Notes under the pieces: model-generated | Databases searched by the model: none | What the model was told of the DNA's origin: nothing | The model's input: only the letters and a program-made list of their open reading frames with translations | Assembly (NCBI GenBank): GCA_951406725.2 | Contig: OX597815.1 | Span: 16,678,001-16,742,000, forward strand | Direction: 5' to 3' | Origin: Octopus vulgaris | Lineage: Eukaryota | DNA: 64,000 nucleotides | Program-made: the position numbers and the translations under genes | In this document: piece after piece, positions 1 through 13,544 of the stretch | Position numbering within the stretch: position 1 is the first letter of the stretch | How the letters are laid out: each line of letters opens with the position of its first letter

Positions 1-24
1 ATCAAATCCCTTGCTATGCAAGTA

Positions 25-137
<113 letters not shown>

Positions 138-442
138 GTATACATGCATACGTGTGTGCTTGTGTGTGTATATAAATATATATATATATATATATATGAA
201 GGGGGAAAGGCAGATAAGATAGATGCAAATAAAAGACTCAGATTGGAATTAAGTATGAGAAAGAAATCGAATGTTCAATAAATAAAAAGAATATAACAAT
301 ATCAGAGACATATATGAAAGCATCGTAGCAAAATGTATCGAATCTGGGGATCGAGTCGAGAAAGAACCAATTGGCCAATGGGGCGATAGGCTAATGGAAA
401 AATAGAATAATATTCCGTGACGTTTGTTAGTTTTAAGATTTA

Positions 443-835
443 CTACCAGTATCGCCCGGTGTTGCTCGGGTTTGTTTCGACCCTTTAGAATTGGAATTTT
501 TGAAAAGTAAAAATTTTGCATTATGTAGCTTGTTATTCTCTTTAAGGGAACATTTTTCTGGTTGAAATACACCGAAAAATGGCGACACAGCAGTCAAAAA
601 ATCGTAAAAAATAGGGATTTTCATAGAAAAAAAAGCACTTTTTTGATGTAAATAATTTTTGGTGTTAACATGGTCCGATTTGAATTTTTTCTTCTATGGA
701 AGGAAGAGCAAGCCTTCTTCTATCATACTCTCAATTTTGGTCAATTTGCGCCGTAGGGTCTCGGAGGAGATAGTGTTAGTTGAAAGCTACCAAACATGCC
801 ATACACAGACAACTTCAGCTTTATATATATATAGA
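443..835 (-). mobile_element. Non-autonomous Helitron-like element (subtype B)
   Basis: On the minus strand it starts TCTATATATATAAAGCTGAAGTTG and ends with the GC hairpin CCCGAGCAACACCGGG, then CGATACT and a degenerate CTAG (GTAG); same family as 59734-60123. Confidence 0.7.
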
Positions 836-1019
836 TTGAGGTCAGATACTGGTATCAGTGTCACTACGACATGAGGTAGCGTCAGATACAGATAAAGCTG
901 TATGCCATTACGTCATGATATAACGTCAATTCAGAGACCGCTATAATTCCATTACGACTTGATATGATACCATATACAGACATTTGTACAAGTGTTATAA
1001 CGAGTGTTATTATAATGGT

Positions 1020-1587
1020 TTCAAATTTTGGTACAAGGCCAGCAATTTCTGGGAGGTGGGTGTGAGTCGATTAAATCGACCCCAGTGCCCAACTGGTACT
1101 TATTTCATCGACCCTGAAAGGATGAACGGCAAAATCTAGTTCGGTGAAATTTGAATTCAGAACGTAAAGATTGACGAAATGCCTATATCTTTACTACCCA
1201 CGAGGGGCTAAACATAGAGTGGACAAACGGATTAAGTCGATTATATCGACCCCAGTACGTAACTGGTATTTATCTAATCGAGCCCGAAAGGATGAAAGGT
1301 AAAGTCGACCTCTGCGGAATTTGAACTCAGAACGTAACGGTAGACGAAATACCTATTTCTTTACTACCCACAAAGGGCTAAACACAGAGGGGACAAACAA
1401 GGACAGACAAACGGATTAAATCGATTGTATCGACCCCAGGGCGTAACTGGTACTTATGTAATCGACCCCGAAAGGATGAAAGGGAAAGTTGACCTCGGCG
1501 GAATTTGAACTCAGAACGTAACGGCAGACGAAATACCGTTAAGCATTTTGCCCGGCGTGCTAACGATTCTGCCAGTTTGCCGCTTTA
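1020..1587 (-). mobile_element. Tandem array (~3 units) of tRNA-derived SINE family S1
   Basis: Repeated units with A/B-box-like head (GAGCTGGCAGAA..., GAGTTCAAATTCC) and body GCCTTTCATCCTTTCGGGGTCG...AAGTACCAG, matching many other copies in the window. Confidence 0.85.
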
Positions 1588-1989
1588 GCGTGTGTTATAA
1601 TATTGTGACATAGTTTACGATACAGCTATCGTTGTTGTGTTACTATATGAGGTTATGTCACTCGGTTGTGATACGATTTTATGCAGTGATATGAACATCG
1701 TATCATAATCTAGTAGCATGACGTCATACACAGATATCAATATATCCTTATTACACAGTAACATGGCGTCATACGGAGAGCATCGTAATGTCACTTCTAT
1801 GACAAGACGTCATCTACAGGTCTAATTAATTAGTGTAATTACACTGTAACATGACGTTATACAGGTAGCAGCATAATGGCATCACCTCGGGATCGTAGTA
1901 TGTGACTTTAGCCAGAGTACATTTCACCGGTGGTTCGCAAACCGGTAAATACCCAGCACCATCGCCGGCAAATATAAGTGAAAAATCTC

Positions 1990-2250
1990 ATAATTTGCCC
2001 CGAAAGAGATCAAAGAGGAAAAGGATCCCATCACTTTTAAACGGAGTCTGGATAGATTTCTTCAAGGAATACCGGATAAACCGCCCATACCTGGATACAA
2101 CTCACTCAACAGGAACTCACTACTTGAATGGACCATAAACAAAACTTGACTTAAAAAAGGATTTAGATAATCCTATCAGGTGGTGCTATTAAGTTAGACA
2201 TGGCTTGGACCAATCTTTGGTCGAAACATCTCTAAGTTTATCTAAGTTTT
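1990..2250 (+). pseudogene. 3' end of a CR1/L2-like non-LTR retrotransposon
   Basis: Translates ...KDPITFKRSLDRFLQGIPDKPPIPGYNSLNRNSLLEW (FKxxLDxFLxxIPDxPxxPGY-type ORF2 C-terminus) followed by a short TCTAAGTTT repeat tail. Confidence 0.6.
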
Positions 2251-2767
2251 ATTCCCACCATATTGCTAATGAGAAAACGATAGGGTTTGCTTCTATATCA
2301 TTGTTCTTTTTTTTTTGCCATGGTGTTGAACATATTTACCAACTTACCCGTGGACCGCATTTGGTTCTATAAAACTTACTGTTTTTAAGCAAACTAAATG
2401 TTTAAAATCTTCTATTAAAATTTCGTGCTAATTTATGTTCGAAACACCAGGTTCTTTTCAAAACGAAACAAAGGCAGTGTATTTCTTCAGAAATACAATA
2501 AAAAAAAAGTGTTAAAGCCAATTTATACTTATTAAACTTGGTAAATTGTCCTCTCACTTTTTAATCCTGACAACCTCGCCAGCGCTAATCCTCTTTTACG
2601 AGAAACACTGCATTACACTACCTGCAACCAGGAATCTAGTTTTAAAAGTGGTACATTTCTTACTTTATCTTTAGAGCTCCAAGTTGTTGAATCCGTATTC
2701 CAAAAATTGTATAAATGGAAAAATGCATTTAATTCGCAGTAACCAATTAACGCATTGAAGACAGTAA

Positions 2768-3069
2768 TCTTTATACATAAAACTGAAGTTGTGTGTGTGT
2801 CTGTCTCCTCCGATTTAGATTCCTAACTACTCCCACATTTTGATGTGCAGTTTAACCAAAAGCGGGTATCTTATAGTCGTGATTCATATCGAGCCCTTCT
2901 GGGTATTAGCGCGCGTCTACGATGAGTCTACGATTTAAAAAGAAATTTACCTAATTTTTCCGCATTTAATGCATTTTATGCTCGGTTTATATAAGGGAAG
3001 TAACTCTCTAAAAATGCTTATATAGTTATTTCCCTTACAAACCCGAGCAACGCCGGGCGATACTGCTAG
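2768..3069 (+). mobile_element. Non-autonomous Helitron-like element (subtype A)
   Basis: A|TC 5' end, subterminal hairpin CCCGAGCAACGCCGGG, 3' CTAG|T, no TSD; shares its interior with 59226-59733. Confidence 0.8.
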
Positions 3070-3874
3070 TTTTATATATATATATAAAAACAACAACTTC
3101 GAAAACTACAAACACCAAACAAAACAAGCTGTTATTAACTGTACCACACATTTGTATCTTTTCAAAATTTTTTGATGAGTTTAATTTCCAGAGAGAAGCT
3201 AACTTGCAAAGCCTTTCGTGAAGCAGCCGGATCCACGGGGACGAGGCTTATCTTTCGTTTCTGCAACATTAGGTCGATAAGAAACAAATCTCTCTTGCTT
3301 GATACGACTCATGTCTATTACGGCCAAATTTTCCAACCTCAGAAAAACAGAAAGACAAGTAGTAAGAAAGAAGAAAGAAATCCAATGTGTTGCTCGTCAC
3401 TCTGCATTGCAACTAATTAACAGAGGTAAGATAATAGTCGTATCACCTGAGATGCTTTACATAGACGTAGGTGGACTTACTTACTCGTGCAGGGATATTT
3501 CTCTCCAACCTTTCGTCTCGTTGACCGAGAGTTATGCACGCATTACTGTTGAATATCTTTTACAATCAACAAAGGCAACGTAGAGTTTTGCCAAGATCCG
3601 GTTCAGATTTTTCGCTAGATGTATTTCGTTTGTCTTACCGCGCAAATATACGACGTTCAATCTGCTGGAAATAGCAGCCAGATCACTCCCAAACCTCACT
3701 TCGTCTTCTTAGAAAAGGAGCGTACTGACAAACGGATGGGGTGGTCGTATCTGGAACTTTATTGATTATAGATAGGTCCGCTGGGGGACAAACAACTATA
3801 AAAGCAACAACGACCATAACGATACCATCACCGCCGCCACCACCACCACCACCACCACCACCACCACCACATAG

Positions 3875-4069
3875 AAATAAACAAGGACAGACGAACGGAT
3901 TAAATCGGTTACATCGACACCAGTGCATAACTGGTACTTATTTTAATCGACCCCTAAAGGATGAAAGGCAAAGTCGACCTCGGCGGAATTTGAACTCAGA
4001 ACGTAGCGGCAGACGAACTACCGCTAAGCATTTCGCCTGGCGTGCTAACGTTTCTGCCAGCTCGCCGCC
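3875..4069 (-). mobile_element. SINE family S1 copy
   Basis: Matches the S1 consensus seen throughout the window. Confidence 0.85.
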
Positions 4070-4325
4070 TTACAATACCATCACTGCCACCACCACCACA
4101 TCACCGACATTATCACCAGTAACTAGAACAGCAGCACCTCACTTACACCTCATTTACACAAAAAGTTTCGCAGAGTAGGCGCTATTTTATACATTTCCAG
4201 ACATTTCTTAATCCAGCCATGTGGTAGGCTATCAAAAGCTTTTTTATAGTCTATCCAGGCTATTGACAAGTTTTTGTGTCGTTTGTGACAATCTTCTAAG
4301 AATTCCTTTTACAGCCTTTTTGAGC

Positions 4326-4326
<1 letters not shown>

Positions 4327-4386
<60 letters not shown>

Positions 4387-5130
4387 GTGATTAAAACTCC
4401 CAGCTTATTTTGCTAGGTATGATGGAAAGTGTCAGCTCTCCAAAGCCAGCAGACTAAGGTGATACTTGTTTACTGGTCATGCTTCAAGAACCCTGCGAAG
4501 AATTCTTGCAGTTCCAAGCAGTACTGATTTTTGTAGGTATTCTACATTCTCACTTGCACCAATCTTTCTCAACCATGTTGGTAGTTGAGTGCTGATACTT
4601 CCAAGTGCACCAATTACTCTTGGTATCATGTCTACTCTCTTCATTGACCACAACCTTCGTATTTCCCACTTCAAATCGTCATAGTTGTTTATTTTTCTTA
4701 TTCTTTCACATTGACCCTGTTGTCACCAGGACAGGCTATGCCGATTATCATGCATGTTCTTTCTTTTTATTCACCATAACTATATCCGGTTTCCTATGTC
4801 TGATCAGGTGATCGCACTGGATCATTGCATCCCACAGGATTTTGAAATTCTCTTTCTCGGTGACTCCTGGGGTTTGCTCATACCACGTCTTTACTCTTTG
4901 TAGGCTGTGATTTCCACAAAGCTGCCAATGGTTCGTTCTTGCCACATTGTCATGGCGTCTTTTGTAGTCGCGTTGTGCAAATTTCGGGCATTCGCTAATG
5001 ATGTGCCATACCGTTTCACCCCTCTCGCAACATATTCTGCATTTTTCACTGTCGGTAGTGTCGTCTATTCAGCATTTAACATAGCTGGTCCTTAACGCGT
5101 GTTCTTGAGCTGCGCATATGAGTGCTTCTG
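4327..5130 (-). pseudogene. 5'-truncated R4/Dong-like non-LTR retrotransposon (CCHC + restriction-like endonuclease) with (TAA)n tail
   Basis: Minus-strand translation ETEALICAAQEHALRT...CRICCERGETVWHIISEC...RHDNVAR...KILWD...HRKPDIV...LQKSVLLGTARILRRVLEA* with stops/frameshifts; (TAA)n at ~4327-4385. Confidence 0.85.
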
Positions 5131-5140
5131 TCTCGGCCTG

Positions 5141-5790
5141 GCTTGGCCTGGCAGTGCTACTGGTTCGAGATAAACTCTTCAGGCATGGATGTGCAGTCAG
5201 ACGGGCTTGTCTGAGGTGCTCGCAGAGTGACGAAACCGTCCTACATGCCCTCGTTCAGTGTCCGGGCATTGCTGACTTGTGGGTAGAGATGATTGCACTG
5301 CTGTCCTCCTTGAATCGGGCAAGAAAGACAGTTTTCGTTTGCCTGGTTGCTGTGGCGAAAGAGGTTGTTTGGGGGACATGGTTGTTTATGAGGACAGATA
5401 GATTCCTTTTTGGTAGCGCTCTCAATGACTTTTTCAAGTTTCACTTGAAAAAGGAAATTGAGAGTGGAGAGGGAAGTGATGTCTCGAGTGAGTTTACTGA
5501 AAGGTGGGTGAAAGTTGCGAAAATGGCAAGAGTTGATAGTACCTCTGTAAATGTAGACCTGTGAGTCGGAGAGAAGGAATTGGAGAGCGCACTTGCTCCA
5601 GGGGTTTGAGGAAAATCTCGGACAGTGGGGTTCCTCGATTATCTCTAGAGGTCATCCTGTATCAGGAGGGCCACCCCGCTATCATCCTCCCTGCCGATAT
5701 GCTATGCATATGTCCCTTCTTTTTTAGTGTGTACTGTGTATACTTACTCTCTTTCCTTTTAAAAATTTTTTTTATCATTTCATTATATTT
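5141..5790 (+). pseudogene. L1/Tx1-like ORF2 C-terminal fragment and 3' UTR
   Basis: LAWQCY...VRDKLFRHG...ACLRCSQSDETVLHALVQC (zf-RVT-like CCHC)...AVAKEVVW...FTERWVKVA. Confidence 0.7.
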
Positions 5791-5860
5791 AAGCCTCGAC
5801 ACTTTATGTCTGTCTTTGCATCGTCCCCCTCATCCTTCGCCCTTGTAGAAAATAACTGAA

Positions 5861-5907
5861 ATCATCATCATCATCATCATCATCATAATCATCATCATCA
5901 TCATCAT

Positions 5908-5947
<40 letters not shown>

Positions 5948-6052
5948 GACATCGTCGTCGTCGACGTCATCGTCATCGTCGTCATCATCATCATCATCAT
6001 CATCATCATCTTCATCATCATCATCATCATCATCATCTTCATCATCATCATC

Positions 6053-6120
<68 letters not shown>

Positions 6121-6179
6121 CATCGTCATCGTCATCGTCGTCGTCGTCGTCGTCGTCGACGTCATCGTCATCGTCGTCG

Positions 6180-6211
<32 letters not shown>

Positions 6212-6236
6212 TTCATCATCATCATCATCATCATTA
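5861..6236. repeat. (CAT)n microsatellite with CGT/CTT variants
   Basis: Directly visible; generates the poly-D and poly-M ORFs. Confidence 0.95.
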
Positions 6237-7104
6237 TTATTTGTTACAATCCCTTTAAGAATTGAAACAATTACATGACGCCACGCCATAGAGTTTATAT
6301 TTTTATATCTTTAATTCATGAATGTTAGAAATTCCAGTCTCAGACCAGTACTTCCGCCAGTTTATGCAAAGACACTGACATAAAAAAAAATTGCTATTCT
6401 CTGTTTATTGCTTGTACACTATCATAAAATAATCTCATGTCAGAGCAAATATTTGCGGAGTTATTTCTCTTGACATCGTTTAATGTCCACAGTCGAGTAT
6501 CAACGTAGCACAATTGTTTAAACAATGTTCTGTCTTAATACTCAGTGTATTATAGAAATGAAATTTCTTGGTATTACTTGAAGCAGATTCTGTTTCGTAT
6601 ACAAAAAGCACAAAAAAAAGAAGCAAAAATAAACAAAACAAAACAAAAACAAACTCGTACACTATTTCGGATTGCACAAATTCAATCTCATTTGTTTGAT
6701 GGCTGGGTTAGAATGATTTCACCTTTACCTGAAGCTCTCTCTGGGACATTCATTATAATCATATAATAAATCTAGGTGACATGCTAAGGAATAGTAATTT
6801 TTGTGCAATTTGTAAGCGACACATATTATAATTTCTGTTGTCAAAGACTGCCACAAAGAATACGTTAGTACATATCAATCACTTTACTGCACACAAACCT
6901 AACACAAATAATATGATATGACTTCAACGACAAAACCCCTTTCACACACACCGTTCTAACTACTATCGGCATTAGAAAAGATTTCGTCTCCGTTACCCAT
7001 TATTCATTCGTAGAAATCGTACACGACTCCACCTTAAGATGCTGGTTGGCAAACTACCTGGCAGCAGAGCCGTCGCTAAGTCCTGACAACCCCTGCGGTT
7101 GCAG

Positions 7105-7564
7105 TTTATTTTTTCTTCTTCTTTCACATTGATCCTGTTGTCACCTGGGTTTGCTATGTCGATTATCATGCATGTTCTTTCATTTTATTCACCATAACTA
7201 TATCCGGTTTCCTATGTCTGATCAGGTGATCGCACTGGATCATTGCATCCCACAGGATTTTGCAATTCTCTTTCTCGGTGACTCCTGGGGTTTTCTCATA
7301 CCACGTCTTTGCTCTTTGTAGGCCAGGATTTCCACAAAGCTGCCAATGGATCGTTCTTGCCACTTTGTCATGGCGTCTTTAGTAGTCTCGTTGTGCAAAT
7401 TTCGGGCATTCGCTAATGATGTGCCATACCGTTTCACCCCTCTCACTACAAATTCTGCATTTATCACTGTCGGTAGTGTTGTCTATTCAGCATTTGACAT
7501 AGTTGGCCCTTAACGCTTGTTCTTGAGCTGCGCATATGAGTGTTTCTGTCTCGGCCTGGCTTGG
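7105..7564 (-). pseudogene. Second copy of the R4/Dong-like fragment
   Basis: Closely similar to ~4690-5146 (RTIHWQLCG...KILWDAMIQCDHLIRHRKPDIV), including the same end junction. Confidence 0.85.
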
Positions 7565-8014
7565 TCCCATGTTAAGAGGGGTCTCATGTTAAGATCAAAG
7601 TACGGAGATGAGTAATTTATTTTCTTTGGTGTCTACCAGCTCGCCCCCTTACAAATACAAAATATTACATTATATATTCTAATACTAACTTCATCTGTAT
7701 ATGGTGGGGCGCATGTATTTTTTCGCAAAGTTGTTGTTGGACGTGGAACAAAAACGCTGAGAAACTCTACTTCATTCACTCATCAACTTCGCCCCTCTTT
7801 GGGAGGGGCAGTTGTTTGATCAGAGGTGAGCCAATAGTTTAGAAGGTTAGTTTTAGATAAACTAATTAAAAGAATGTGTCAATCAATTTGTTTTAATTAC
7901 AAATTTTAACAATATTTTGTAATACCAGTGTATTTATGAATAAAACTAGAAGTGTGCTAAATGTTCGAATGCAGTATAGCGTTAAACATAATTACCGCAG
8001 TATTACCATCCGTA

Positions 8015-8091
<77 letters not shown>

Positions 8092-8597
8092 TATCTCTAC
8101 CAATGCCATCATTTATAACCCCCCACTCTACCACCATCACCACCACCACATCACCACCATCACCACCACCACATCACCACCATCACCATGCCACTACCAT
8201 CACCACCACCACCATCGCCAGTAAGGCCACAGTCCAGTGAATGAAGCTAGTATAAGAAAAAGGTATACAATAACAAACTTTCTTATATATATATATCGTA
8301 CGAGATCAGTGACTGTGTGTCACTTTAAAAGTATATGCCTCAGGCAAGGCCAAGTGCTGTCATCTGAATCCAACGGTTATCCTGTGCCGATGAAGAGAAA
8401 TAACACAGAAACCATTGGTCCGCAGGTACCGTTTAAGGGTGAGTGTGGGCATTAGCTCTCTTGTTCGTGGCATAAGGACGCCGTTGTGCGTCGATAGCCA
8501 GCTGGAAAAGATGTTTTCCTGGGGTTAAATAAAAAGATAGTAACATCATCCTAATCAGGACTGCCACTCATCCTAATCAGGACTGGCAAATAGAATT

Positions 8598-8671
<74 letters not shown>

Positions 8672-8736
8672 CTATATATCTATATCTATTTTGTATCACA
8701 TCTAAACTAACTGTGACTTAACTTTCCTCTCACACC

Positions 8737-8788
8737 GTCTCCGATGAAGGGATATTATTAATAAATATCTTTGAAATAGCTGTAAGAC
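8737..8788 (+). ncRNA. Minimal type I hammerhead ribozyme motif in an (AT)n-flanked remnant (~8690-8857)
   Basis: gtct-CCGATGA-agggatatt(attaata)aatatcttt-GAAA-tagctg-TA-agac: stem I gtct/agac, 9-bp stem II, near-palindromic stem III. Confidence 0.75.
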
Positions 8789-8854
8789 CTTCTATCAATA
8801 AATTCTCTAATATCTATACAGCCTTGGTTTTTTTATCTTATTACGCAAAAAATT

Positions 8855-8901
<47 letters not shown>

Positions 8902-9034
8902 CTTTAAATTTAGCGCACCAAAACGGGGACATGTGAAATAGTAACCACGAGTGTAATAGGTAGAACTGTTTACAAATCTAACTTTGTGCAGACATCCTAG
9001 TATGCAGTCCTATAAATTATATTCATCTGGACAG

Positions 9035-9106
9035 TCGCACCGATGATCTACGAACATTTATGTAAGTAAAATTACGTAATATCTTAATAGTGAAGCATGT
9101 ATGCGA
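9035..9106 (+). ncRNA. Degenerate minimal hammerhead motif in an (AT)n-flanked remnant (~8901-9384)
   Basis: tcgca-CCGATGA-(long stem II region tcta...tagt)-GAAG-catg-TA-tgcga; stem I tcgca/tgcga, palindromic catg, GAAA mutated to GAAG. Confidence 0.55.
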
Positions 9107-9380
9107 ATAATCCATATTTTTATTGCTTTTTCCTTCGTCTTGCTCGACTACGTTTTGGTTGTTTTGCTAAATTTTTCTTGAGAACATTTCTTAGTGGTAA
9201 GACCATAGCGGATCTATTTCTAGCGTAGAGGGTGTCCACATAGTGGTTTCCCTCTAATATGTATATAATACAATTTTACTGAACCTTCAGTTTTTTTATA
9301 TGCTAGACCAGAGGTGTGAAATCGATGTTAATTAAATTAATATCTAATTTCTCACCCCCTCATTGTAAATTAAAATTTGA

Positions 9381-9414
<34 letters not shown>

Positions 9415-10163
9415 CATACACAGTTTAATGCATGCATACAAATATATAGACAGGCATGTATGTTTGAAAGCATGCATTAACATATTTATACGTATTCGTA
9501 TGTGAAATTTGCACACACAAAGAAGTATCATTAAAATTAATTAGTCTAAGTGCTGAGTATTATTAGATTTAAAAAAAAATTACACTTTTGTTATGCTCCA
9601 CCTTCCATATCATTCCAATGGTCTCTGTCTAGTGATGTCAATCATGTCAGTTTTTTCTTTCTTTATATCTAATCTGATTAAATAATTGACTACTTTTTAC
9701 TAATGAAACTTCATAATTTTCTTTCCTTGCAGTTTGCTATTGCTACTGTTGACGAAAATCAACTGGATGGCCAGTTCCAGATTTCTTTCAGTCCGGGGGA
9801 CTTTGGATAATTCCGGAAATATTTAGCATGGTTACACTACTCTACAGGCACGAAAGGACAGAAAAAGAAGCCAAGACACAACCTCTCCTTGAAATATTTC
9901 ACTCCTAAAGGAGATGGGATTTGTTGTGTATATAATCACTTCTTTTGTTCAGACTGTTTGCTATTTTTCACATCGTTTGACAGATCAGCCTCGTATAGAT
10001 GCTATTTCACTCATGGTTAATGTCTGTCACTTTTTTAAAAAACGAAAATGGTCACGACCAATTTCGGAAGTTGCAGGAAGTGACTGGAGCGGAAGATGGT
10101 CGGATTTATTGGAGGGCCTTATCCTAGTTTGTTTCGCTTTGCTAATTCTGTAAAACGTTTCTA

Positions 10164-10376
10164 CATACACACATACATAATACATGCATACATACATACA
10201 TACATACATACATACATACATACATACATACATACATACATACATACATACATACATACATACGAACATACATGCATACATACGAACATACATACATACA
10301 TACATACATACATACATACATACATACATACATACATACATACATACATACATACATACATACATACATACATACA

Positions 10377-10405
<29 letters not shown>
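10164..10405. repeat. (CATA)n microsatellite
   Basis: Directly visible. Confidence 0.95.
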
Positions 10406-10409
<4 letters not shown>

Positions 10410-11034
10410 GTATATTACTATGGCGGTAAGTTGGCAGAATCGTTAACATGTCTGACAAAATTCCTAGCCGCATTTCTTTCGGTTCTTTATATTCCGAATT
10501 CAAATTCCACTGAGGTCGACTTTGTCTTTCATCCTTTCGAAATCAATAAAATAAGTACCAGTTGAACCCCGGGAGTCGATGTAACCGACTAGCCCCTTCT
10601 TCCTAAAACTGCTGGCCTTATTATTACAATTGTTGCTGACATTGTTGTTGCTGTTTCCTGTGAACGGTCCTGTTTCGCTGAGCACAGCATCGAAAATATT
10701 TCCTTCCAAGATTATTGGATGACGCAGTATTGTTTTTTTTTAATGAACAAATCATATCTGAATATCTGAGAGTCTACATCCGTTAACTTGGGATCGAAAC
10801 GAAGTAATCATCCTCAGACATTCTTGTTCCGTGCACATATTTTAGTAAACATGTATCTGTCGTCATTTATTTGTAGTTCAATATGGCCACCTTTGGATTA
10901 GCGAGAGGAAGTGCTATCCACAGAAGTGGTAACAGCGAACGACCTCCACAAATATATTTAAACACAAAACAGATTTAAAATGAAGTTAAACAGATAAAAA
11001 TGGGCAATTAGATAATATGACATTTATAAATATA

Positions 11035-11228
11035 TAGGGAGAGTTTACGAAAAAAACAAAAGACGAAGACAGGTGGTGTACAAAACAAACAGATGTATTA
11101 GTATAACACTCAGGAATAGAAAAAGTCTTTTACGTTTCGAGCCTACGTTCTTCTACAGAAAGGGATACAGAAAAAACAAAGAGAGAAAAAAATGTGTGTA
11201 GTGGCTAACGATCTAACATGGCGACTGT
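11035..11228 (-). mobile_element. Short PLE pseudo-LTR-like remnant with hammerhead-like motif (11127-11162)
   Basis: Minus strand cttt-CTGTAGA-a-gaac(gtag)gctc-GAAA-cg-TA-aaag; flanked by the direct repeat ATTTATAAATATA; a shorter relative lies at ~57570-57640. Confidence 0.55.
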
Positions 11229-13126
11229 ATTTATAAATATAGTTGCAATTCGTTAAGAAAAAAAAATGATGCTCCAAGTATTCGGGCCAAAACTCTGGTC
11301 TGATAACAATTGCAACTATATTTATAAATATAGTTGCAATTCGTTAAGAAAAAAAATGATGATGCTCCAAGCATTCGGGCCAAAACTCTGGTCTGATAAC
11401 AACTTATTCTGAAGGTCTGAGAAACGCCGTCATCAACTGTATAACAATGTGTTCACCATTTTCGAAGAATTAATGATTTTCATTTTTTACTGGCTTGGTC
11501 TAAAGGAAGGAGGTTACTGCTCATGACCTTTGAAGTCTCATCGAGACCGATGAGATTGATACTGTTAATGTTGCTTTTAAACTGCTGTAATTCCTACCAC
11601 CACGCCGACGGATCAATGTTCATTCTTACAAACTGTGTGATTGTAAAACTGTCCAATCCTGCTACAAGAACACAACTTTGACAGACAGGCAGTCGAACTG
11701 CACTCCAAGAGATTGCAAAATACACATGAATGTAAACGCTTGAACAGAAACACATTATCATGATGTACATCTTGTTTTATCCTAAAAAAACATATCCACT
11801 GAGGATGTTATATGTCAAATCCACCATATGAAAGTAGTTTCATATAAACAATTATCATGAGACTCCCGACCAGACGTCTAATACACAGAATTTCGACTAA
11901 CCATCGTATAAAAGAATCATATTTAGTTATAAAAAAAACTAGATATAAATATCTTTTATGTATGACGAGCAGCCAAAAGAAATTGAATATTAAAGAAGTT
12001 TTCAATAGATGGGAATAAAGCAGACAAATTCTTCTCATAACTTATCTAATAGACAAACGTGAAGTACTAGTATGTATGAAAATACACCGATACATGCATT
12101 GTAGATAGGTATAAAGACCGAACCATGTATGTACATAGACGAAGAAAAATTCACTCATAATTTTACGCACGATTATATAAAAATACTCAAAGAAATATTA
12201 AATCATATTCATGGAGACAAAATGACACACACTCACATGATCATAAAGCATAGGTAGTTATCCGAAGCTACACACGCACACACAATAATTATAGATTCAT
12301 ATTTAGCAATTGAAATATAATAGGAAACATTTATAAATATCTGTTGAGGAATGCAACCCTATGGCTGTCTGCAAAATTTCATTGCAGTGCATTAATTTCT
12401 TGCTATTTATTAAGGAATCGATAGAACATTGAATGGAATGTCAGCATGCTGAGTTCTTTGAGGCCATCTCAAGCAGACAGTGTCAGAAAGAAAGTAAATG
12501 TGGCTCTTTTGTAAGAAACGTTATTTCATAGGTAATATTGAGTGAAATTTTGATTGCGTTACAAACAATACAGACAGTATTCAATGCTGTACTTCCCTGT
12601 AAAGTATGTTTTATTAAGTGCATAACGAACGGTAGTAATGTCTGAAAATAAAAATAAAAAGCAAGTCACGAAATATAAACCTAACAACGACGGTAAACAA
12701 TACAAAAGAGAACCACTTCACTTGATATCTTCAGTCTAATATCAACACAGCTCTCAACAAATTCGCCACGTGATTGATAATGCGCAGTAAAACAGTTTCA
12801 AGTTTTAAATATTTAGACAACGCGTTCACGATGACTTATGTTACGTTCACGACCACAATCGTCGAAACGTAACGAGAGTTGTCTCCCGTATTGGCTAAGT
12901 GAGCGTCGGACTATTTGAGATAACTGTCCTGAAGCTGTTACATCCTTTTAACTACGTCCCCTGCGCAAAAGTATATACTACATACGGGGAGACGATTCGC
13001 TGTATACACATTGCTCGATTGGCTGATTTAGTTTCTTTAGTCTGCCATTAGTTGACCGAGATATTCAACAATGATAACACACCTCTAACAACAGAAATAA
13101 AATATATATATATATATATATATATA

Positions 13127-13544
13127 TTTCTTTATTGCCCACAGGGGGCTAAACACAGAGGGGACAAACAAGGACAGACAAAGAGCTTAAGTCGGTTACA
13201 TCGACCCCAGTGCGTAACTGGTACTTAATTTATCGACCCCGAATGGATGAAAGGCAAAGTCGACCTCGGCGGAATTTGAACTCAGAACGTAGCGGCAGAC
13301 GAAATACCTATTTCTATTTCTTTATTACCCACAAGGGGCTAAACACAGAAGGGACAAACAAGGACAGACATAGGTATTAAGTCGATTACATCGACCCCAG
13401 TGCGTAACTGGTACTTAATTTATCGACCCCGAAAGGATGAAAGGCAAAGTCGACCTCGGCGGAATTTGAACTCACAACGTAACGCAGACGAAATACCGCT
13501 AAGCATTTCGCCCGGCGTGCTAACGTTTCTGCCAGCTCGCCGCC
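13127..13544 (-). mobile_element. SINE S1 tandem dimer
   Basis: Two head-to-tail S1 units. Confidence 0.85.

Noticed and set aside
5804-6289. Poly-Asp acidic (biomineral-like) protein
   Set aside because: Only a (CAT)n tract, with no signal peptide or supporting gene structure
9715-9850. Possible host exon after the polypyrimidine tract TTTCTTTCCTTGCAG
   Set aside because: Good acceptor, but the frames I read close within ~30 codons, with no strong donor or recognisable protein; needs RNA-seq
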